A DNA stretch of 64,000 nucleotides. Origin: Schizochytrium sp. TIO01 (lineage: Eukaryota > Protista > Bigyra: Labyrinthulomycetes). The translations under genes and the position numbers were made by a program. This document shows positions 13,612 through 23,200 of this stretch, one piece after another (position 1 is the stretch's first letter; each line of letters starts with the position of its first letter). The notes beneath the pieces were generated by a model. The model saw only the letters and a list, made by a program, of their open reading frames with translations. It made no database searches and was not told the origin of the DNA. The stretch is taken from positions 2,790,001 to 2,854,000 of the forward strand of contig SMSO01000034.1 of the NCBI GenBank assembly GCA_004764695.1, read 5' to 3'.

Positions 13612-14274
13612 ATGCTTGACGGAACCCGAAGAGAGAGCGACCCTCTCGTTGATAGCCGCTATGCACAATCTTCTCCCGCAACAGTGAGTTCTTCTCAAAG
13701 ACGTGAAGAGACTATGAAAGGTCGTGAGGCCGAGCGATGGCGCACCTTCTTATACGTCATCTGTACTGGCCAGATCTTTTGCGGTCCCAAAATTTCCAAC
13801 TTAGTGGAGGACCCCCGAGAGCAAAGACAGAGTGATGAAACTTGTGTGTTTCGTCATCTCGTCGAAACTCCTTCTGCGGAGTGGCCAGAAGGTCAAGAGC
13901 GTATAGTCTTCGAGACAGAACGTGTTGTTGTTGTAAAAGATAAATTCCCAGCCATTGAGAACCATCTTTTGGTATTGCCTAGGACACCAATTCGGAGCGT
14001 TAAAGCTCTTCGTCGGACGAAAGAAGATGCAGCTCTCCTTCAAGATATGATTGAGGCAGGGCGCCAGGCTCTTCGAGACGTGGGAGCTCCGGGTCCAGAG
14101 TCTTCGTGGAAAATCGGGTTCCACATTCCGCCTTTTAACTCAATGGATCACTTACACATGCACTGCGTAGCTGGGGAGCGCTCATGGAGGGGAACTCTAA
14201 AATTCGATTTGAACAAACGCTTCTTCGCAGATGCAGACGATGTTCTGAGCGAGCTCCTGCGTACAAAGCTATAA
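13612..14274 (+). CDS. HIT-family nucleotide hydrolase, HINT3-like
   Basis: 220 aa. Histidine triad HLHMH preceded by GFHIPPFNSM (HINT3-type context), plus DKFPAIENHLLVLPR. The true start could be a later Met. Confidence 0.85.
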   Translation: MLDGTRRESDPLVDSRYAQSSPATVSSSQRREETMKGREAERWRTFLYVICTGQIFCGPKISNLVEDPREQRQSDETCVFRHLVETPSAEWPEGQERIVFETERVVVVKDKFPAIENHLLVLPRTPIRSVKALRRTKEDAALLQDMIEAGRQALRDVGAPGPESSWKIGFHIPPFNSMDHLHMHCVAGERSWRGTLKFDLNKRFFADADDVLSELLRTKL

Positions 14275-15061
14275 TACTTCCCCATAACATAATATGTAAG
14301 ACCATGCCTTTGACCAAATCTATCCATCGGCATTCTCGACAGCGCACAACCATATAACTTTACGCTTATCAAGAGCAATCAGGCAAAGGTTCGTCATACC
14401 TAAAACACCACATGACCCGTCAGAAAACCTAGGAGGGTAAATATCTCTATTTGTGTATATATATTCTTCAACTTTCTTGAGAAGGCTGACGAAATAACAC
14501 TAGAAAAACTGGCCAACACAATTTCCTCTTCCAATTTGGACATAAAAACGCTCGATGACCAAATTGATCCAAATAATTAAAAGTTTATGCTATTTTATGC
14601 GGAACAACACGATCCTGCACTCATTGATGACAATCACAGTACCGAAAAATCGCGCCTAATGATGAACAACTTAATGATTAATGGACAATGCAAAAACTAG
14701 CAAGAGGATAATTTCATCATGGATTTTCATTTATATGTAAGTAGTAGTTTAAAGTTTTTTTGATAGGCATGCATGAATATATGTATGTGTCGTAGATCTG
14801 ACGGTATTTGGACTCCACGTCCTGATCATAGGTTTTACTTGGAACTACTACGTCACCTTCATCGAAAACACAACTGAGACAATACAGGAAAGTGCACCTG
14901 TCCAACAGTCAATACGATAACGAGCTGCTAGCTGATCATGTTGACTGCTGGACCATCGGGCACACATGACAGGATGTGAAAAACAGTCACGGATGATATT
15001 AGTTAGAGTCTGATCGTCGTCGTTGTGTTTTTTCAGGTTTTTCTCAACGCGAGAAAAGGCG

Positions 15062-15350
15062 CTGTTGGTATTAGAGGGATTGTAGTTGGCGCCGACATGA
15101 GATGAAAAAAAAAAAGAAATAGAAAAAGAAGGTGATGGAGAAGAAGGGTTCAGGAAGGAGAGATTGAGCAATAGGATGAGGACGAATGAGAGATAGATAT
15201 CGTGGTCGAGATCCAAAGTACGCAAAAGATGAAGAACATGTAAGTAGGTAAGGCAAAGTTATGTATGTGTTGGATGTGTGTTGTGTCACAATGAGAGGAA
15301 TATACGGTGGTGAAGAGGCACAGACAAAGAATAAATCAGATTTTACTCAC
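15062..15350 (-). other. Probable 3'-UTR intron of the LARP gene
   Basis: Donor TTG|GTGAGT lies 10 nt after the TGA stop. A pyrimidine-rich body ends in CTAATACCAACAG, the same branch/acceptor style as the coding introns. Confidence 0.55.
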
Positions 15351-15360
15351 CAACCCCTTC

Positions 15361-18300
15361 TCATTGCCTTCCCGGGCGGGAAGGGGGCTGCTGAGATGAG
15401 CGCCAGTTACCGTCAGACTTGGAGCCAGTGGACACAAGGTTAGGCTTCGAGACGGCGGCAATTGCAGCCGGTGCTTGAGCCGGAGCAAGTGTAGTAGTCT
15501 GCTGAGCGGTCGGCTTGGATTTGATAATGTCAGCAAAAGACTTCTTGGCACCCCAAGAAGCGTTACCAGCTGAAGAGTCTGAGGACTCATCTTTAGCACC
15601 TGATGCATTAACTTCAGACTTCTCCTGAGCTTGCTGGCCTTCCTCAGCCTCCTCAGCTTGCTCATCTTGTCCAGCAGCAGGCTGTGCCTGTGCAGACTTT
15701 TGTTGTTTCACGGACTCTACGACCTCATCTTCTGCCTCTTCAGTGGCACTGTCAATGACATCAGAAACGATCTCCTTTACATCGGAAACCTTCGCTTTGC
15801 TAATCATGCCTGGCTTCTCCCAGCCACGCTTGGGTCGCTCCGCAGGCTTGTCGAACCCATTTCGCACGCCTGTAGCACCCTCACTAGCAAGAGAAGACAC
15901 AGTAGATCCAGAGGCAGCTCCGGCTGAGGCAGCACCTTCGCCGACATCTTTGGCAGGGGTAGTTTGCTCCGGAGATGAGCGGCTCGGGGACGGTGATTTG
16001 TCTTGCGTGTTTCCAGAGGGTTGCTGGGTCTCCTGGGACTGCTGTTGCTCGGCGGGAGCATCCTTGCTTGAAGCAGGCGCAGATGCGGCAGGTGTGGGTC
16101 TTGGGGTAGGCGGGGCCTTGGCAACGGCTGCAGCCCAGCTAGTCTTCTGAGCATCACTCTCGCTGGTTGTTACAGAAGCCTGTTTAGTTTGTATTACGTG
16201 TAGTCCCAAAAGTTAGTCCCAATGTTTACTTCAATAACTTCGCATTACTTAAACACATCACAAAGAGTTCATCATCCATCCAACCCATCCGCTAAATTGT
16301 GAAGTAAATACTATATTGCATCACAAAGCTTCAGGAAAAGCGCGAGTATTTTGTTTCTTCATCTGGGCGGAGGAGATTTTCGGACTCTTACAAGAAAGAA
16401 ATATCGACACCGCAACCGCAGTTCGAAATAGTCCCGTTCTGGATTTACAAAACATGATAATATCTTCGGTAACCACTACTCAACCCATCAGCCAAACTGT
16501 GAAATAAATACTATAGCATCACTTTCATTCAGGAAAAGCGCGAGTATTTTGCATCTTCATTTGGGAGGAGTTTCTTGATACAAATAAGGTATCGAGAAAT
16601 TTGGCATACAAACCAAAGCAGGTAATAGAATGATATTATCGCACATAAAACCTCTGAACGCCCTTTACCATTATGTCAAAGAGACATATATCCTGATCAG
16701 CAGCATGTGCCTGTGCTATTTCGCTTATTATCAAGCCACCCAACTCTCTCTCTCTTCAGTGCAACAAAGTATGCACTACTTGAACCAAATTTACTTACCT
16801 GCTGCTGTTCTTGCTGCTGCTCAACCACTGGGGTCTCACCTGCGGGAATCTCTGGGCTAACTTCGGCATCAATAGAGGGTTTCTTCTCATCCGAAACAGA
16901 CTTACGACCCGACAGAGACGGAAAATCCTGCGGTTTAAACACGGGCGGCTTGGCTTGTATAGAGCCCTGTCGTTTGGCACCTGGACCTTGCTGTGTGCTG
17001 TTGCTCGGACCTTTGTTCGACTTCTTACGGTTCTGGCTTGAACCCGGTGCGCCGGCACGACGCGAGCCTCCACGCGAGCCAGTGCCCGAAGCGTAGGAAT
17101 AAGACTGGGCATCGCCATACTGAGAGCCAGAACCTGAAGCAGTGGCGGAGGTAGAACGACGCCGGTCACCGCTGCTGTTTCCAGCACCACGGCCCTGACG
17201 TTGGCTACCGGAGCTTCCAGAGTACTTGCCTGACATGGAACGGTTTGCGCGGTTGCCAGCGCCACCCTGAGAGGCATTAGCACCACCAGCTTGCTGTGCT
17301 TGTGACGGATCAACCTGTAATTAGAAATTCGAGTGATTGAATCTATGTTAGTCTCCCTATTCTGCAACTTTTGACGATGCTACTATTTCCAATGATAGAA
17401 ATAACCCCCCATATATGCTGCCTGCAATGTTCATAGTTATAATCACATGTCATCCGTGTGATTATCATTCATTGTCTCCTGGTTTCGTGTAAGTATAGCC
17501 CATCATTAGAACGAAAGTATTTGTTCGTCACAACGGATCAGAGATTGTTCACATAAAGAATCATCGGGCAACGAAAACCTTATCCAAGCGGATAGTAGGG
17601 GACAAGAAGTTACAATGAAAGCACCAATACACGAATACTACACCCTGCACCCCTCGATGAGAACTCTTTGTTAATTTGAAAAGTGCTGTAGAAGTGTTGT
17701 TGGTTTTCCAACATTTCAGTGTTTGCTCAGAAAAAGCCCATCATTAGAACGAAAGTATTTGTTCGTCACAACGGATCAGAGATTGTTCACATAAAGAATC
17801 ATCGGGCTTTTCACACACAGCACTTCAATAACACCTTTTCAAAAGTAAGCAATGGTACTAAAATTCTCCATCTTCAATAGCTCCGTACTAAGTATGAGAG
17901 CGTTTAAACACGGATCAAATGCAACCAACACTAATTATTCTCAGCTTTTGCACCCCCTCTTTAAATACATTTGCCAGGTGATCCCTCTGTTTTGTTTCAG
18001 AAAGTGGCTCTGTCTTTGTCATTACTTACCTGGTACCCCCAGTTCTGGACTTGGGAATAGTTTACCATGTTGCCGTAGCCATAGTATGGAGCATAAGATC
18101 CAGGAGGCACGGCGCCGTACTGCTGGACAATCTGTGGTAATGGGCGGATGGCCTCGGACTTAAGCCGTGCCTTAACAGCCTGGCCATGCAAAGTCTTACC
18201 GATGAGATGAATGACGGCGTTCTTAGCGTCCTCTTCGGTCTCCATGGTGACAAACCAGGATTGGCCGACCTCACTACGCACGGATTGGACTGCGAACTCG

Positions 18301-18857
18301 GTGTCTTGGAAAAGGGACTGGATGTCCTCCTCCTTGGTGTCTTCAGGCACCTCGCGGAGGATAATGGTGGTGCGAGCGGGGCGTTTCCAGAGGGTCTTAA
18401 TTTTGGACTTGTCTTCGCTGAGCTGACAGATTGTGGAGTCTGCGATGGCATCGGCAATCATTTCTTCGCTGTCGGTGAGCTTGCTGACCTTGCGAAAGTT
18501 TGCGATGACAGAGACGGGGATAAATCCGTCGCTATCCATCTGCGAGATCATGTAAGCATCGCGGTTCAAGTTCTGTTGGCTGAAGTAGTACTCAACCTGA
18601 GCTTTGATACGTGCCTTAAGCGTAGCGGGGTCCAGTTTTGACACATCAACGGCCTCGGCGCTGCTGTCTGAAGAGTATCCGCCACTGCCGCTGCCAGTAG
18701 GCGAGACGGGGCGTGTGGCGTTGTCGTTGTTGATGTCTTCTTGGGTGGTAGAAGTGGAAGTAGCGAGTTGGTCTTCCATGGTCTTGGAGTTGGCTTCGCT
18801 GCTTTTGCTTGTTGTGGCTGCACTCGTCGAGGATAGAACCGGTTCAGAGCTTACCAT
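15361..18857 (-). CDS. La-related RNA-binding protein (LARP4-like: La motif + RRM, long low-complexity tail); 3 coding exons
   Basis: Predicted join on the - strand: 18857-18030, 17314-16799, 16179-15361 (about 720 aa). Both donors are CAG|GTAAGT; acceptors are CTAATTACAG and CTAAACAG; both introns are phase 0 and join three separate ORF-track ORFs in frame. La motif IKAQVEYYFSQQNLNRDAYM...FIPVSVIANFRKV and RRM TTIILREVPE...SWFVTMETEEDA. Confidence 0.88.
16284..16367 (-). ncRNA. Box C/D snoRNA, family B copy 1 (LARP intron 2)
   Basis: - strand reads CCCA g ATGAAGA(C) ... CTGA(D') ... GTGATGC(C') ... CGGA(D variant) TGGG, with a terminal CCCA/TGGG stem. Paralogue of 16484-16565 and on the same strand as the host gene. 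Confidence 0.7.
16484..16565 (-). ncRNA. Box C/D snoRNA, family B copy 2 (LARP intron 2)
   Basis: - strand: CCCA a ATGAAGA tgcaaaatactcgcgcttttc CTGA atgaaa GTGATGC ... CTGA TGGG. All four boxes are in order, with a terminal stem; 82 nt. Confidence 0.8.
17498..17569 (-). ncRNA. Box C/D snoRNA, family A copy 1 (LARP intron 1); dual rRNA guide
   Basis: - strand: GCCC g ATGATT ctttat GTGAACAATC t CTGA tccgtt GTGACGA acaaat ACTTTCGTTCT a ATGA t GGGC. The guides are complementary to the conserved LSU motif GAUUGUUCAC and SSU motif AGAACGAAAGU. Confidence 0.88.
17735..17808 (-). ncRNA. Box C/D snoRNA, family A copy 2 (LARP intron 1); dual rRNA guide
   Basis: 17735-17807 is identical to 17497-17569 (73/73). 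Longer terminal stem AAAAGCCC/GGGCTTTT. Confidence 0.88.
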
Positions 18858-19476
18858 ACTAGTCTCTTTCTTGAGGAAAGAAGGCGCGAAAGTAAGAAAG
18901 CGAAGTGGACTTTCTTACTTTTGATGACTGTGAGTGAAGAAAATAGACGCGAGAGGAAAAGACTCAACGTCTGTGACTCTACCCGTGCAATAGGGTGGAG
19001 TGAAATATATCTAAGCCTTGTTTTCGCGTCAAGTCTCGTCGGCTAACGAGACGCACGCGAACGCGACGAAGATGAACAACAAGAGATGGATCAACAGATG
19101 AGGTCTGCTGCGGACCGTCGTCTGGAGCGAGGTCCGGTGCAGCCAGCCCCAGAGGCTCTTCTCTCGCTCACTCCGATCCAGCGTCTGTCCCTAGGACGCT
19201 CTCGTATGCTTGGTCGCGCGCCTCTGCGCAGCCAGCACGAGAGAAAGAGACTGACTGGCCAAGCAATCAACCGATCGATGCGATCGATTGATTGATTGAC
19301 GATTGATTGGTCAATGCTCTCTCCTCTTCTCCTCCTCTCTTCTCGTCCTTTAATTTCCTTTCTCTTTCTCTTTCTTCTCTCCTGACAGATAGCACCCGCT
19401 AACTAATTGCTAAGGCACCACTTCCTTCATCACCATTTATCGACTAATTCATGGTTGTTGTGGATGCTCTTATTAT

Positions 19477-19578
19477 CATTCATTCATTCATTCACTCATT
19501 CATTCATTCATTCATTCGTTCATTCACTCATTCACTCACTCACTCATTACTGATAGAATGAGTGAGTGAGTGAGTGAG
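19477..19578. repeat. (TCAT/TCAC)n tract followed by (GAGT)n
   Basis: Directly visible tetranucleotide arrays about 0.6 kb upstream of the LARP start codon. Confidence 0.9.
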
Positions 19579-20197
19579 TACTCACTATGGATATATCAAT
19601 CATTCAATCATTTATTTCATTCATCCTTTCTCATCATTCATTTGTTTCATTTTGGAAACATACAGAGCTCTCTTGGTCTTGCTAGCAGTGGCAATATCAT
19701 TTACAATAGGAGTCAGAATAGTGCGAGTGGCGATGCACGAAGGCTAGAGATAAGACTAATGGGGGTTAGTCCATAGTATTCGTGAGATCATCAGGGATGG
19801 TGAATAATAAGAATGAATAATAGGTGACGGGGTGGGGTAAGAGCGATATAGAGCGAAAGTAGGAGTCAAGTGAGAGTAAATAGCTTGTCAATTTGTTGGT
19901 TTGCTTGGATGGCTGAGTGGTTACTAAGCCCTCGTTCACTCACTCTCACTCACTCACCCATTCAATCACTCACTTCATCTCTTAATCAATTCAATTCACT
20001 TATTCTTCACTCATTCACTGCCATTGTTGCCACTGTTTAGCGCAATCACTGATCGCCACGCTCAATTCATCGTTCAATGCCTTTGGTTCGTGGTTTATTT
20101 CTTTGCAGAGTACGTATGATGAATGAATGTTTGTAGAAGTACCTACTGTGATGAATGATGGCAGCCTGAACTTAGATTAAGGCCAGGAACAAAGTAT

Positions 20198-20204
20198 TAG
20201 CAGT

Positions 20205-20251
<47 letters not shown>

Positions 20252-20265
20252 CAGTAGCAGCAGCA
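20198..20265. repeat. (CAG)n microsatellite with TAG interruptions
   Basis: Direct reading; intergenic. Confidence 0.95.
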
Positions 20266-23200
20266 TATTATAAAAGCAGTGGCCCTTTGGCTTTGCTCCT
20301 TGATGCTGCTTCGATAGGTGGCTCTAAGAGCGCAATAACTGCAGTAAAGAAAATGAAACAGATCAAAAAACAAACAAAACAAATCAATCCAAATCAATCC
20401 AAATCAAAGCATTCTAGCCGTAGAAGAAAGGCGCTAAGACTTTAAGTGAGTAATCAAATAAAACATTCGCATGGAATGGAGCCATGACTAGAGCAAGAAC
20501 TGCAGAGTTTGTGGTTGATTAATTCAATTGATTTAATCTATTTGAGTTCGCTTCCACGTAGGCACGCTGCAAGCAAAGATGGTCGAGAATATCAACTTTA
20601 AAGCAACGCAACTCGAGGAATGAATGCAATAACTAGATTTTTGAAGCTACAGCAAAGATGAGAATGATACCAAGATGATAGATAGCCCATTGAATATATG
20701 ATTGACGTCAGAATGATGAATTTCGTGGCAATGATGGAGGATTAAAATTGCAAATGAGCGGATGACCTGAGATTAAAAGTGCCTTCCTCCTGACCCCTCC
20801 CCGCCACTCAATGAATTTGGGTTGGTTATTGTTTACTTGCTGCTGCGTGAGGAAAACCCCTCTTCCCTGACCTGGCCTTATTTTTTGATGAATGTTCAGG
20901 TGGTTGATGTTTTTATACTAGTTTCTTTCGTCTTATCAAAATAATACGAAAAAAAGAAAATGAGATAGAAAAAAGAAAAAAAGAAACAGCCATATTACGA
21001 AGCGTCTGTTGTATAACAGCTACTACTAGTTGCTTTCGCGCTAGTGCAACGAGTAGGGCTCTGTTAGGAGTTAGGGTGGAAGAGCAAACGTATGGAGGAG
21101 AATCAATGAGTATGAATGAGCGCAAAAGAGCTTCAAAAATCAGAAACCAATAAGTAGAGGAAGAAATTTTAGTCTTAGGAGGCACTGCTTCATGTAGACA
21201 AAAATAGGTATACCATACCTACCAATAGTTGTTTTGAGAAATAGTAGTAGTGATTCAAGTTAGATTAAACTATTAGAATGATACCTCAGCGAAGAAATGA
21301 AAGTATCAGCAACAATTTGCGAAGGAAACGATAAAACTGACATAAGGCCTTTGCAAATAAAAGCAGCAGAGTAGTAGAGCTTTCACCTTGGCCGCTTTCG
21401 TCATGTGACCCTGGTTAGGTCAAATAAAAAACACATTTTGTCATCTTAAAATACTACTTCTAAACTTTTTAGACAAAGGGGATCGTAGCAAATGACAGAA
21501 TGAACCAATGGAGGGGAATCGTTGGCAAAGGCACTGATTCTCGCTCTTCCGCATAATTTCCCAAGGTGGGCTTGACATGGGCCTTGATGCAGATTTTTCA
21601 CCTACCTATCTAGGCAATGGAGACTTTCTCACGATTTGTTGCAAGTGGATTGAGCTACTTCAAGAGTTCTTTCAAATAGATTACGCGCGAAATTTTGTGA
21701 GGGAAAATCACAATGGTGGGGCAAACCTGTGTAGGCTTCACAGATGTCAAGGGGCCCCCGTGTGCCAAATAACAAACGCCTAAAGGAAGGCTTTGGCACT
21801 CCAGATTTCCGCTCCAATGCGTAAAATGCAAAATATGGCCTCGGATGAGCTGATCAAAATCACAGGATGCAAAATTACTTTATTCGCTGACATCTCACAA
21901 TTGAAACGGTTCATTTTAAAGAAACGGACCTCAGGGTTGCTGCTTGAAATTTGGAGAGACCTATGTTGTTACATTTACGTCTGGACAATCATCTCAAATG
22001 GTGTTGGGCGGTGCTACACGCGCGCACAACCACCAGATTTTGCGATTTCAGGTTGCCCTCAGACTACCGAGCGTCTTATCGTTTCACTTTCCTGTTCTGT
22101 TCTCTTTGATTTCTTCTGAGAGCGTCCAATTACCCCCGTTGCTGTGTATCTGTAGAAGCAGTGCACGCTAAAATTTAATGTCAAAAAAACTGGTGTTGTT
22201 GCTCACCCTCTAATCTCATAGACTCTTCCGTTTCATCTTGTATCATCAATAAGGCCAATATACGGCCATCTGCAAAAAACTCGAATTATGTTTTGATTAT
22301 ATGTTATCAAATTCAACTTGGTAGGCAATTTGAACCCCCTGGTTGACAGCACCTTCCATAGTCTTTGTTTTGCGATTGGAAAATTTTGAAATGAAATATA
22401 CACCATAGGTCACAAGGCATTTCCGAAAATATTAACAAAGAATGACATCGAAAGAATAGTGGATACTGGGATATTTTTGTTTGTTTGTTGCTGTTGCCGT
22501 TGTTTTTGGATACAGTCTTCTGCAAAACTTGCATGGGGTCTTTTATAAACCTCTAAATTTTTCTCTATTGCTTGTATGTTTCTTTCTTTATTGTCGAGCA
22601 TAGCTATATAAGTTTTAGAAAAAACTAATTTGCACGCACTCTGTTTATGCACGAGTAGAATTTCTATTTTCTACTTCTAAAATGACAATTTTCAATTATA
22701 AAAAAGAAAAGGAAAAGGAAAGAAACCCTGTGATTCGAAGAGAGGTTTGAAGAGGCTTTCCTCTGGTCTCCACTGGGCCATTGAATGCGCCATAAGGGGC
22801 AGTGGCGTGTGCTGCCTCAAAGGGTGCCAGAGCCGCAGTGGAGTGCGGTACATGTGCTCTCTTTGAAGTGCTGTGGACTCAGCTCCCTCACGTTCTACTG
22901 AGTAATGACCTCCTAGGTATCTCCTGGTTGATGATGATGCAAACTTTCAACGAGGCCATTTGTGGGAGCAAGCGAGCACAACCACTCAAACCGCAATCAC
23001 ATAGCACTTGCATAGCCCCAGCTATCCAAGAATAAGAGAGAACGAACAGAACGGAACCTGAACTGCTCGAAGACATTTGATACGAATGTTGTTGTAAAGC
23101 TTCCCATGGACTAAGTTACGAACTATGTAGGGTGAGAAGTTGAAGTAGTAGTAACTGTTGTGGTGGTATTTGATGTGGTTCGATGATTCTTAAAAGACAA

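Noticed and set aside
14900-15363. TGA stop plus downstream hairpin read as a selenocysteine/SECIS system
   Set aside because: The hairpin lacks the AUGA/GA quartet and apical AA of a SECIS, and read-through would add only about a dozen unremarkable residues.
16284-17808. Direct repeats read as a CRISPR array or transposon termini
   Set aside because: Eukaryotic intron, only two copies per family, 73-84 nt long, no cas or transposase genes; the snoRNA box architecture explains them.
20197-20397. Poly-Cys ORF (likewise poly-Arg 61296-61529 and MYVC repeats 52381-52671)
   Set aside because: Translation artefacts of microsatellites.
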